UHGV virus genome: UHGV-0209617
Strand: one strand, 5' to 3'
Length of the DNA stretch: 64,000 nucleotides
DNA from: a virus
How positions within the stretch are numbered: the first letter of the stretch is position 1; the number at the start of each line of letters is the position of its first letter. The notes under the pieces were generated by a model. That model was not told where the DNA came from. It was given only the letters and a program-made list of their open reading frames with translations, and made no database searches. Positions 46,048 to 55,674 of the stretch are shown here, one piece after another. The position numbers were made by a program, and so were the translations under genes.

Positions 46048-46385
46048 TGATTAAGTCAGTGACTGTAACAATAAATGGAAAGCCTCAGAGCATGGCTTTC
46101 AACATCAAGCGTCTGGCAAGGTTTGAGCAGTATATCGGTAAGAGTCTGTTTTTTGTAATGAGTAGTGGCGGTATCCTAAAATCCATGGATATCAACTTTA
46201 CCGTAGCTGGCATTGCAACCGCCCTGGATAAGGAAATGACTATGGAGGAGGCAGCTGATCTGGTGCAGGCTCACTGCGATGGCGGCGGTCTTTTGGATGA
46301 CCTTAATGATGGCATCTACAGAGCTATCATTGCATCCGGTCTATTCGTGAAGAATGAGGATTCAGCCAGCCAGGGAAACGACTGA
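46047..46385 (+). CDS. Tail assembly chaperone (short product)
   Basis: 112 aa ORF between major tail and tape measure genes; contains a slippery heptamer near its 3' end. Confidence 0.55.
   Translation: MIKSVTVTINGKPQSMAFNIKRLARFEQYIGKSLFFVMSSGGILKSMDINFTVAGIATALDKEMTMEEAADLVQAHCDGGGLLDDLNDGIYRAIIASGLFVKNEDSASQGND
46373..46379 (+). other. Programmed -1 ribosomal frameshift slippery site (G GGA AAC)
   Basis: GGGAAAC read as G_GGA_AAC in the chaperone frame, 2 codons before its stop; the -1 frame is open from here to 46705. Confidence 0.5.
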
Positions 46386-46705
46386 ACTCCTTTGCTGAGT
46401 GGGTAGAGTATGCCGAAGGTTATGCTTACGGCATACTCGCACTTAAGCCAAGGGAGCTTGATGAAATAACGCCTGGAGAGTTTTATAAGATGCTGAAGGG
46501 CTACGAGGAACGGCAGGAAGTACACAATACTACCACAGCCTATTTCGTGACTAATCTTATGAACCTCTTTGGTAAATCACTTAAATCCAGTATGACAGTA
46601 GAGAAGCTCATGAAGCCGCTTCTCGGAACAAAGAAGAAATCCCCATCAGACAGGAAAGCTGATGAGGAATATCTACGGACATTATTCAACTTGGCGAAGA
46701 AGTAA
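46376..46705 (+). CDS. Tail assembly chaperone frameshift extension
   Basis: -1 frame ORF (..KRLNSFAEWVEYAEGYAYGILALKPRELDEITPGEFYKMLKGYEERQEV..) with no independent start or RBS; ORF 46490-46705 is its 3' part. Confidence 0.5.
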   Translation, partial: KRLNSFAEWVEYAEGYAYGILALKPRELDEITPGEFYKMLKGYEERQEVHNTTTAYFVTNLMNLFGKSLKSSMTVEKLMKPLLGTKKKSPSDRKADEEYLRTLFNLAKK

Positions 46706-46928
46706 TATCTTCTTTTGGTGGTGCAGGTTGTACGGTGGTTTTACGGATACCTTCGACAACCTGTTCTTTAGCATCCATAAGGGCTTCGTTTAACCCTTCG
46801 AGAATGGCTTCTGCAGGTGCAGATATTTTTTAACCCATAATTCTCGGCCTCCTTTATGGTAAGCACTGCTGATATAGATATTATGCTTGGTTAATTGTAG
46901 TAAGTCAACAAATTATGGAGGGATTAGT

Positions 46929-49900
46929 GTGTCGGTAATTTCAAATTTAATGGTTAAGATCGGTGCAGATTCCTCCGGTCTTAAAAAAGGGCTGGCAGAA
47001 GCCGGCAATCAGATAAAAACATCATTCAATACGGCGCCCGTTGAAGCATTCAGCACCCAGGTGGATGCTTCAAGGAAAACTGTCGAGGGTCTTATCGGAA
47101 AGATGAAAGGCTTTGCCGTTCTTGCTGCCGGCGGTTTTGGTATGACTGCCATGATTAAGGGCATTGCTGAAGCAGGAGATAACTCCTATCGCCTCGCACA
47201 GCGTATGCACATAACTGCAGCAGAGGCAGGTGCCTTATCCAGAATCATGAGCATAACGGGCGGTGATGTAAACTCCCTCTCCGGTGCCATGATGCGTCTA
47301 GATAAATCCTTTTCGTCTGCATCCACGGATGGAGAGCAGACAAGGGCAATCCTTGATGCGGTTGGAGTAAGCCTTACCAATCAGAAGGGACAGCTTCTTC
47401 CGATAAACGAACAGCTGAAGAACTTGGCGGCTGGATATAAGAAAGCAACGGATGCTGGCTACGGTCAGGAGTTTATCATGAACACCCTGGGCGTAAAGGG
47501 TATGGCTCTTGTATCTACCCTGGAGCAGTACAATGAGGCTGCTGAAGCTGCAGGAAAGGTAAAGACTGTAGGCCTTGACCCGAAGGCTATGCATGAGCTT
47601 AATATGCAGCTGAAGATCATGCAGATGGAAAGCGGTCAGATACAGAATGCCCTTGTGATGGGATTTGCACCCGTGGTGCAGGAGTTTCTGCCAGGAATTA
47701 TGACAGGGCTTCAGACAACGGCCTTATTCCTTCGTGAAAATAAGACTGAGATTGCTGCCCTTACCAAGGCGGCAGTTGAGTTCTACCTTACCATGAAGGC
47801 AATAAGCCTTGTTACTACAGCTGGTGCCAATGTACTGAATTTCTGGAAATCCATAAGCATGGCTGCCAAGGAAAGTGCGGTCGTTCAGGAAGCAGTATCA
47901 GCAGAACTTACAGCAAAGCAGATATCCCAGATAAACAAGGTGGTGGCAAAGTCCAATCAGGGCTATGCCAAGATGCAGGTTGATGCAATTAAGGCCGCCC
48001 AGAAGCAAGGGATGGCTTCTGAAGAAGCAAGGGCTAAGCTTGAAAAAGACCTGCTTGCAATTCAACTTGAGGCAGAAAAGACTGCAGCCTTCATAACAAG
48101 AAGCTTTACGGCACACTTTATGGAGGTAAATGCAGCGGCTAATGCCATGGCTGCGGGAACTGCTGAATCCATGACTGCTATGGGGGCGGCTGGGGTTAAG
48201 GCAACTACTGCCCAGACCATGGCAACAGCAGAGCTTACGGCAGCTCATGCAGCAGAAGGAGCTGCGGCATTAAGGGCTGGCGAGAGCAATGTGGCTGCCA
48301 GTGCTATGGCAACAAAGGCCACTGTATCACAGACTGTTGCAACAGGTGAGCTTACCGTTGCTACGGTAGCGTCTGGAAATGCTGCAGCCGTGGCAGGAGC
48401 AAAGACAGTTTCCTTTACAGCAGGGGCATTGAAGGGAATCAAGGCACTGCAGGCAGGAGTTCTTGCTCTGACTGGCGGCTGGCTTGGCCTTGCAGCTGCC
48501 ATTGCCTATGCCGGATACTGCCTTTATGAGTATCAGAGCGAGAAGATCGCAGAGGAAAAAGCACATACCTATACTGTTGATGGCCAGCAGTATGAAGAAA
48601 AGAATGGCTATTTCTATACCAAGGACAGGGTGAATCCTGATTGGGAGCCAAGCCCTTATGATGAGTTTGATGATACTGCCATCATCAAGGGCGGTGAGCT
48701 GGTAACAGACAATGACCTCAATGAAAAGCTACAGGCAGCATGGTGGGAACGCCATAAGGATGACCCGGATTATAAGGCACATCTTGAGCAGGAGGCTGCC
48801 GAGACAAAGATGCGTGAGGCAGACAGCAAGCTGGCCGAACTAATGCAGAACCTTAATGTAGGAACAGAAAGCGGCTCTAAGGCTCCAGTAAAGGAGCCTG
48901 TTACTTATGAGGTGGCTGTGCCAGTAGGTGAGGATGTTGTTGCGGCCGCTATGTATCATGTTGGAGAGTCCTGGGGTGAAAATACCTGCTCCATCTTTGC
49001 GTCCAAGATGCTGGAAGAGGCAGGTATAACAGGACTATCAGATCCAAACGGGGATAATATGGCAGCAAAAGCAGGAGCAGCCTATCACGATGTGAATGAT
49101 GGTTACCAGCCGAAAGCTGGTGATGTCATTGAGTGGGGCGGTCATGTCGGTATTTATGATGGAAATGGCGGATATATTGCATCCAACACAAAGACAGGAG
49201 TTCATCATGGCTCCATGGATGAAGCTGAAAGCTGGTTCGGACCGGTGCAGGGTTATATCAGCACAGCAGAGTACACTGGGAACAAGACGGTGCTCAAGAA
49301 CATGGATAGTGAAGCCAAGGCTGTGGAAGATGCCACCGCCAAGCTGAATAAGGCTAAAGAGGATGCCAAGAAATTATTCTCATCCATGGAATCCGAGATT
49401 CAGCGTGAGACAGGCACAGAATACAGCTATGGCATGAACCAGATTGAAGCCAATATCCGCAAAAAGCAGGTGGAAATTAATCAGCTGAAGGAGTCTGGGG
49501 TAGATACCGGTATGCTTGAAAAGGAGCTTCAGGACTATGAGACAGTGCTTAAATCCAAGATTATAGATAACTGGGAAAAAGCAAACGAGGAAATAAAGGG
49601 TTCTACCGCTGTAACCCTGGCAGAGGTAAAGAAAAACTACATCCAGGCAGCAGACGAAGAGTACAAGGTTACTCTTCAGAAGCTTGCCAGGGAGAGGGAG
49701 GAAAAGGAAAAAGAGCTGCTTCGGGATAAGGAGGATGCAGAAAGCCGCCTTGCTATAGATGAGTGGTATGCAGCTGAATCCTTGAAAGCTATGGAAACAA
49801 GGAATAAGAACATACGGGCAAGCTACAGCAAACTGATTTCAGATCTGGAAGAGACTGGTGATATAGATGCCCTGCAGGATTTTCTAGGTTCTAATGATGC

Positions 49901-50636
49901 GCAGGATATGATGTATCTTGAAGGACAGCAGAATCTTGCCAGAGCCTATGTGGATATTTGGAAGGAAGCCCATAAAACCACCGAGGATATGGTGGCTGAC
50001 CTTGCTGTAAGCGTCAACAGCTCAATGGCTGACAGCCTTAAAAGCTTCATTACTGGCTCAAAGACTGCAATGGATGTGGTGCATGACCTTGGCAGAACCA
50101 TCATGAACACAATAGCTGAAATCGTAGCCAAGAAAGCTGCCACCCAGATTGTTACCTCCATGTTTGGAGGATTCTTCAAGGATGGCGGTGAGCTGCCAGG
50201 ATTTGCTTCGGGAGGCTCTATTGCCGGCGGATATATCAGCGGTGCGGGGACGGGTAAAAGCGACAGCATAGTTGCGTATCTTGAGAGAAGCGGTCAGTTC
50301 GTAAGGCTCTCTGATGGAGAGTTCGTCATGACTGCCGAGGCTACAAGGAAGAACCGCCCAATGCTTGAAGCCATGAACGCAGGTGCCTATGCTAATGGTG
50401 GCTTCATAACAGCTCCGGGAGTAAGACCAGCCTATGCCGGTTCATATTCTGTTGGAAGCAATCAGCCGGCTGGTGGTGTCATAGTAAACATTACAAATAA
50501 CTCCGACAGCAGGGTTGAAGCAAGACAGGCAGGATTTGACTCGCAGGCCCAGCGTTATATTTTGGATATTGTGATAGACGGAGCACAGAGAAATGTAAAC
50601 GGTTTTGGAAATAATCTTAAAGCAGTGATGGGGTGA
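46929..50636 (+). CDS. Tail tape measure protein with embedded CHAP/NlpC-P60-like peptidase domain
   Basis: GTG 46929 with GGAGGG 5 nt upstream; long Ala/Gln-rich helical regions; Cys/His segment WGENTCSIFASKML..GDVIEWGGHVGIYDG around 48950-49270. Confidence 0.85.
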   Translation: MSVISNLMVKIGADSSGLKKGLAEAGNQIKTSFNTAPVEAFSTQVDASRKTVEGLIGKMKGFAVLAAGGFGMTAMIKGIAEAGDNSYRLAQRMHITAAEAGALSRIMSITGGDVNSLSGAMMRLDKSFSSASTDGEQTRAILDAVGVSLTNQKGQLLPINEQLKNLAAGYKKATDAGYGQEFIMNTLGVKGMALVSTLEQYNEAAEAAGKVKTVGLDPKAMHELNMQLKIMQMESGQIQNALVMGFAPVVQEFLPGIMTGLQTTALFLRENKTEIAALTKAAVEFYLTMKAISLVTTAGANVLNFWKSISMAAKESAVVQEAVSAELTAKQISQINKVVAKSNQGYAKMQVDAIKAAQKQGMASEEARAKLEKDLLAIQLEAEKTAAFITRSFTAHFMEVNAAANAMAAGTAESMTAMGAAGVKATTAQTMATAELTAAHAAEGAAALRAGESNVAASAMATKATVSQTVATGELTVATVASGNAAAVAGAKTVSFTAGALKGIKALQAGVLALTGGWLGLAAAIAYAGYCLYEYQSEKIAEEKAHTYTVDGQQYEEKNGYFYTKDRVNPDWEPSPYDEFDDTAIIKGGELVTDNDLNEKLQAAWWERHKDDPDYKAHLEQEAAETKMREADSKLAELMQNLNVGTESGSKAPVKEPVTYEVAVPVGEDVVAAAMYHVGESWGENTCSIFASKMLEEAGITGLSDPNGDNMAAKAGAAYHDVNDGYQPKAGDVIEWGGHVGIYDGNGGYIASNTKTGVHHGSMDEAESWFGPVQGYISTAEYTGNKTVLKNMDSEAKAVEDATAKLNKAKEDAKKLFSSMESEIQRETGTEYSYGMNQIEANIRKKQVEINQLKESGVDTGMLEKELQDYETVLKSKIIDNWEKANEEIKGSTAVTLAEVKKNYIQAADEEYKVTLQKLAREREEKEKELLRDKEDAESRLAIDEWYAAESLKAMETRNKNIRASYSKLISDLEETGDIDALQDFLGSNDAQDMMYLEGQQNLARAYVDIWKEAHKTTEDMVADLAVSVNSSMADSLKSFITGSKTAMDVVHDLGRTIMNTIAEIVAKKAATQIVTSMFGGFFKDGGELPGFASGGSIAGGYISGAGTGKSDSIVAYLERSGQFVRLSDGEFVMTAEATRKNRPMLEAMNAGAYANGGFITAPGVRPAYAGSYSVGSNQPAGGVIVNITNNSDSRVEARQAGFDSQAQRYILDIVIDGAQRNVNGFGNNLKAVMG

Positions 50637-50640
50637 TTGT

Positions 50641-51000
50641 ATGCTTGTTTTTCCGGATATTGAACCTAATATATCCTCTGCCAATGGCTGCGGAGACAGC
50701 TATAAGATGTCTATAAAAGACAGTACCGTTTCAACGGTGACAGATGGAAACTATAAAATGACCAGACCACGCACGACCAGGATGCTGGCTGCGTGGTCTT
50801 TTTCCTGGGTGGCCTTATCTGAGGATGAGTTCAGGAAAATAGAGGACTTCTTCCGAAAGGTGGGTACCTTCCAGAAGTTCCTCTTTAATAATCCCATGGA
50901 TGGCAAGGAATACACTGTGAGATTTTCCGAGCCACTTACAGATTGGCAGTATGTTCATCCCTATGGCTGGCAGGGAAAGCTCAGTTTTGAGGAGGTGTAA
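50641..51000 (+). CDS. Tail protein (hypothetical)
   Basis: 119 aa immediately after tape measure gene. Confidence 0.4.
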   Translation: MLVFPDIEPNISSANGCGDSYKMSIKDSTVSTVTDGNYKMTRPRTTRMLAAWSFSWVALSEDEFRKIEDFFRKVGTFQKFLFNNPMDGKEYTVRFSEPLTDWQYVHPYGWQGKLSFEEV

Positions 51001-51003
51001 GCC

Positions 51004-51588
51004 ATGCAGGTATGGTCACAGGCGGCAACCCTTGAAAAGAACAGCCTATCTTCGGATACACCGTTTCTTCTTCTGGTTGAGGTCATATCCAAGGAGATGT
51101 CAGAGCCGATATATCTGGTCAGAAATACAGAGAATATCGTATGGCGTGGAAAGGAATGGACGGCCTTTCCCATAGAGGTGGAATCATCCTCCGAGGATGG
51201 AAAGACAATACCGTACATAAACATCAAGGTCAGCAACTGCGGAGGCATGATAGGTGCCTACCTTCAAAGGTATAACGGCCTTGTGGATTCCGAGATAAGG
51301 ATTTATGTGGTACTTGCTAGCAATCTGCGATCTGAGTCAGCTGAGTTTGAGCTGGACTTTCTTATAACCGAGGCAAAGTACACCGAGGACTGGATAACCT
51401 TTGTCCTGGGGGCAAGTGCAGAGCTGGTATCAAGATTTCCCACATTCCGCTATAACAAGAATTTCTGTCCTTTTATCTGCGGAGATGTGCGGTGCGGCTA
51501 TGTGGGAAATGAAAGCTGTGTTAATACCCTGGATTCATGTAAGATTCCAGGAAGATTTGGCGGGGAGCCAGGGATGGTGAGTGCATGA
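51004..51588 (+). CDS. Tail protein, DUF1833-like
   Basis: 194 aa; position between tape measure and gpK-like peptidase, as in lambda-like tail modules. Confidence 0.45.
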   Translation: MQVWSQAATLEKNSLSSDTPFLLLVEVISKEMSEPIYLVRNTENIVWRGKEWTAFPIEVESSSEDGKTIPYINIKVSNCGGMIGAYLQRYNGLVDSEIRIYVVLASNLRSESAEFELDFLITEAKYTEDWITFVLGASAELVSRFPTFRYNKNFCPFICGDVRCGYVGNESCVNTLDSCKIPGRFGGEPGMVSA

Positions 51589-51968
51589 TGTACAGTGATT
51601 TGATTGGTGTGCCATTTGAAGATGGCGGCAGGAACAAAAATGGTATGGACTGCTGGGGTCTTGTGATGGAGTGCTTTTTCCGTAAGGGAATAGTTCTGCC
51701 GGAATATGGTATATCTGCAGAGGAGCTTCTAAGAATTTCAGACAAAATGGCATCTGAAGAATCCAAATGGGAAAAGCTCACTGAACCGACAGACGGATGC
51801 CTTGTGCTTATCCGCACTGCTGAAGGTGCATGGGCAAACCATGTGGGAATCTATATCGGGGATGGCAGGTTCATCCATGCATATCCCGCAGCAGGGGTAT
51901 GCATTTCTAAAATCTCTCGCTGGAAGAGTCACATTGTAGGTTTTTATTATCCGAAGGAGGGCGGCTGA
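51585..51968 (+). CDS. NlpC/P60 family tail peptidase (gpK-like)
   Basis: Catalytic Cys GMDCWGLV and His ANHVGIYIGDGRFIHA. Confidence 0.7.
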   Translation: MMYSDLIGVPFEDGGRNKNGMDCWGLVMECFFRKGIVLPEYGISAEELLRISDKMASEESKWEKLTEPTDGCLVLIRTAEGAWANHVGIYIGDGRFIHAYPAAGVCISKISRWKSHIVGFYYPKEGG

Positions 51969-54900
51969 TGGTAAAGGTCATAATAATTGAAAATCCATTC
52001 GAGCCGCATATCCATGATGCATATGAGGTTCTATATACCGGTAAATCCTTGGAAAGCTACACATCCCTTGAAAGCAGGGATGTGTTCATCAACGGTCATA
52101 AGGCTGAAGATATAGCTATTCCAGCAGACGAGGACTGTATCATTTCCATTCCACACATAGCAGGAGGCGGTGTAGGAAAGATTCTAGGCTTTGTGGCTAT
52201 GGTAGCACTTACTGTGGTTACAGGTGGTATTGCTGCTAATGGTCTTACTGGCTTTCTTGGGCTTACCGTAAAGGGAGCGACCCTTGCCAGCTGTCTTATC
52301 TCAGGCGCTGTGATGTATCTGGGCGGCAGGCTCATAAATGCAGTGTTTCCGCAGGGGGCAGCTACCCAAAGTATTGGAGGATACAGCGAAGGACAGAAGA
52401 CTCAGACCTATGGCTGGGATCTTCCGACAGTAGCAACAAGAGAAGGCGGCATCATAGGAGAAACCTATGGCACCTGCATTCCACAGCCCCAGCTCTTGGA
52501 GGAGCACGTTGAAACAATCGGTGGAAAGCAGTACCTTAATCTTCTATATTGCGGCGGTTATGGTGAAGTGGACAACATAACGGATATGCGGATTGATTCT
52601 ACTCCCATTGACTGCTTTTCAAATGTACAGATAGAAAAGAGGTTTGGCACCAATGACCAGAAGCCAATCTCCTTCTTTGACGATACTCCGACCGACCAGG
52701 GCGTGAGCCTTCTATTAGACCTCAATAAGCCAATCATCCGTACCACGGATTCCATCAAGGCATCAGCTCTTGAGGTAACTTTGGAGTGGCCTAATGGACT
52801 ATACCATCTGAACAATGATGGCAACTATGAAAGTGCCAGCATCGTATGCAGGATAGATTACAGGCTTCGCGGGGATGAAGCATGGATTTACCATAATTCC
52901 TATACGGTCAGCAACTCATCAGCGGATGCCTTCAGGCGTTCCTTCAAGTGGAAGGTATCAAAGGCAGGGCAGTATGATGTAAAGCTGGTGCTTACAACAA
53001 AGCCATCTGGCTCAAGGTATATGACCTACACCAGCTGGTCTATCCTGACCTCATATAATTCTGGCATTTACAGCAGGCCCAATAAGGTGCTTATTGGCCT
53101 TCGCATCCTGGCAACGAATCAGCTGTCGGGCGGAGTTCCTAACCTTACCTGGAAACAGACACGAAGCAGGGTGTATGTCTATAATCCGCATCTTAAATGC
53201 TATGAGATTAAGCCTGCCGACAATCCAATCTGGGCGGCATATGATATCCTTCATGGCTGCAGGTATCTGAAGAATATCAACACAGGAAGCTTTGAGTATG
53301 TGGTGGACGGATGTGCTCATGAGAGACTTGATGCCTATTACGATGAGTGGCTAAGTGCAGCAGCTTATGCTGATGAAGAAATAGTAAACCATGATGGCGA
53401 AAAGGAAAGACGCTTCAAGTTTGATGCGTTCTATGATACCGCCCAGAAACGCTATGATGCAGCAGTCAAGGCTGCGGCAGTAGGACACAGTAACATAATA
53501 ATCCATGGCTGTAACTACGGCATCACAGTGGATAGGCCGGGTATCATAACCCAGGTGTTCAGCGAAGGGAGAACCACAAAATCCTCTGTGATAGGCTCAT
53601 TCTTAAGCAGGAGCGAAAGAGCCAGGTCTGTAGAGATTACCTATAATGATGAAAACAATGACTACAAGAATACTCAGTTCACCCTGAGAAGTGCCTTGTA
53701 TGACAGGGATATGGAGCAGGATAATACCGCTCAGCTTACTCTCTTTGGTGTGAGCCGAAGAAGCCAGGCATACCGTGAGGGTATCATGGCCCTGGCTGCA
53801 TCAGAAAGACAGCTACAGACAATCGAGCTATCTACGGACATAAATGGCATTACGGCAGAATACGGGGATATCGTTGGTTACTCACACAGTATCAGCAGAA
53901 TTGGCATCGCATCCGGCAGGATCGTAAGTGCCACTAAAAACACAGTGAAGCTGGATAAGAGCGTAACCATGGATGAGGGCAGAACCTATGAAATCTATCT
54001 TCAGACACGGAAGGATGAGCTTATACATAGGCTGGTCAAGACCGAGGAGGGCACAACTGACCTTCTTACTGTGATGCTGCCGTTTGACACTGCTGTATCT
54101 GAATACGACTGCTATTCCTTTGGTGAGGCTGAAAGGGCAGTAAAGCCTTTCCGCATTGTGGGAGCAGAGCGTGACGGAGATTTTCTGGTGAAGCTGAAGC
54201 TCATAGAATATGACGAGGCAGTCTATGCTACCGAAATGGACTATAGTAAATATCCAAGGATTGACTACACATCATCCGATAGCTTTACCACAGATAACAT
54301 AACCCTTACGGAAGATACCTATGTGCAAAAAGACGGTACTGTGGTATCTGCTATAGATATCGAGTGGGAAAGCCAGTCGGTGTATCAGTCCTCCTTGGAT
54401 GGCTACAGCGTTGAGATAACGGATATGGAGACTGATACCACAGAGGAGTTCATCGTAAGCGGTCTGTCTTACAGATACTCTGGGGTAAAGGCAGGAAATA
54501 CCTATAAGGTAAGGGTGCGGCCTGTGGTTCATGGCAACCGCATCAACGGAAGGTCAGCATCCATAACCATCACGGGAAAGGTTACGCCACCAGGGGATGT
54601 GGCTTATATGTCACTTGTAGAGGTGGATGGCAAAATCCTCGTAACAATCCAGCAGGTGGCAGAGCCGGATATTGACCACTATGAGCTTAGGCTTGGCAGC
54701 AGCTGGGATAATTCCTTTAAGGTATGTGATTTTTCAGGAAGTCCTGTAACTGTCCAGCCAAGTATGAACGGCACCTGCACATACTTTGTAAAGGCAGTGG
54801 ATACCTCTGGTAATAAGTCGGAAAATGCCTGCAGGCAGATCATAAACATCAGCAGCATCACGGCAAACAATGTAATCCTTGAAAGAAACTTTGATATTCA

Positions 54901-55660
54901 TGACTTTGCTGACTGGGACAATTTTTATGAGCATAGGGGAGCTTTGCTGATGGCAAGCAGAGAAAGAATCACTGACTTTGAGTATTTCTGGGAAATCTTC
55001 GACCAGCTTACCTATCTTGATGGTTCGGTGTATCTTCCGCTTATTGATTTAGGGGAAAACATCATAGATACTGACTGCTACTACATAGACAGCAAGGGAA
55101 TCATCCATCAGCAGAATCTACGGCGCATAAGGGATTTTAAGTATTTTTCCGAGCTATTCGAGAAGGATGACCGCCTTGCGGCTCCCGTATCCCTGGACAG
55201 TACATTCTTAAGGATTGCCATTGATGGTGATAACAGCAGTGATGTACTGAAGGCAGTGGAGTATCGGACAAGCATTGATGGATATACCTTCAGCAATTGG
55301 ATAGCCGCATCCCAGACAGCCTTCAAGGGAAGGTTCGTGCAGATAAGGATTAATCTCAGCAGCATATCCGGTCATACCCAAGGATACATTAAATCAGTAT
55401 GTGTCAGCATAGATGTGCCAGATACGGAGGTAATCCTTGAAAATGTACTCCTTAATGCGGGAGATAACTACATTCGGTATAATCACCGCTTCATGGAAAA
55501 GCCATCCTCGGTTGCCGTTTTTACGGCAGATGATAACGGCATGGCTGCAACATGGCAGATTACGGATTATGACAGGGATGGAGTACACCTTACCATATTC
55601 AATGCAAAAGGTGAAAGCTGTAGTGGTAAATTAATAAGAGCCATGGTTCGTGGCTACTAA
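51968..55660 (+). CDS. Tail host-specificity protein (gpI/gpJ-like fusion)
   Basis: 1230 aa; Gly-rich hydrophobic N-terminus like gpI; long beta-rich body; follows gpK-like gene. Confidence 0.7.
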   Translation: MVKVIIIENPFEPHIHDAYEVLYTGKSLESYTSLESRDVFINGHKAEDIAIPADEDCIISIPHIAGGGVGKILGFVAMVALTVVTGGIAANGLTGFLGLTVKGATLASCLISGAVMYLGGRLINAVFPQGAATQSIGGYSEGQKTQTYGWDLPTVATREGGIIGETYGTCIPQPQLLEEHVETIGGKQYLNLLYCGGYGEVDNITDMRIDSTPIDCFSNVQIEKRFGTNDQKPISFFDDTPTDQGVSLLLDLNKPIIRTTDSIKASALEVTLEWPNGLYHLNNDGNYESASIVCRIDYRLRGDEAWIYHNSYTVSNSSADAFRRSFKWKVSKAGQYDVKLVLTTKPSGSRYMTYTSWSILTSYNSGIYSRPNKVLIGLRILATNQLSGGVPNLTWKQTRSRVYVYNPHLKCYEIKPADNPIWAAYDILHGCRYLKNINTGSFEYVVDGCAHERLDAYYDEWLSAAAYADEEIVNHDGEKERRFKFDAFYDTAQKRYDAAVKAAAVGHSNIIIHGCNYGITVDRPGIITQVFSEGRTTKSSVIGSFLSRSERARSVEITYNDENNDYKNTQFTLRSALYDRDMEQDNTAQLTLFGVSRRSQAYREGIMALAASERQLQTIELSTDINGITAEYGDIVGYSHSISRIGIASGRIVSATKNTVKLDKSVTMDEGRTYEIYLQTRKDELIHRLVKTEEGTTDLLTVMLPFDTAVSEYDCYSFGEAERAVKPFRIVGAERDGDFLVKLKLIEYDEAVYATEMDYSKYPRIDYTSSDSFTTDNITLTEDTYVQKDGTVVSAIDIEWESQSVYQSSLDGYSVEITDMETDTTEEFIVSGLSYRYSGVKAGNTYKVRVRPVVHGNRINGRSASITITGKVTPPGDVAYMSLVEVDGKILVTIQQVAEPDIDHYELRLGSSWDNSFKVCDFSGSPVTVQPSMNGTCTYFVKAVDTSGNKSENACRQIINISSITANNVILERNFDIHDFADWDNFYEHRGALLMASRERITDFEYFWEIFDQLTYLDGSVYLPLIDLGENIIDTDCYYIDSKGIIHQQNLRRIRDFKYFSELFEKDDRLAAPVSLDSTFLRIAIDGDNSSDVLKAVEYRTSIDGYTFSNWIAASQTAFKGRFVQIRINLSSISGHTQGYIKSVCVSIDVPDTEVILENVLLNAGDNYIRYNHRFMEKPSSVAVFTADDNGMAATWQITDYDRDGVHLTIFNAKGESCSGKLIRAMVRGY

Positions 55661-55674
55661 GGAGGTAGAGATGA

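Noticed and set aside
46838-46870. Minus-strand AAAGGAGG followed by ATG GGT TAA
   Set aside because: Encodes only Met-Gly-stop; chance RBS-like motif opposite the tape measure RBS.
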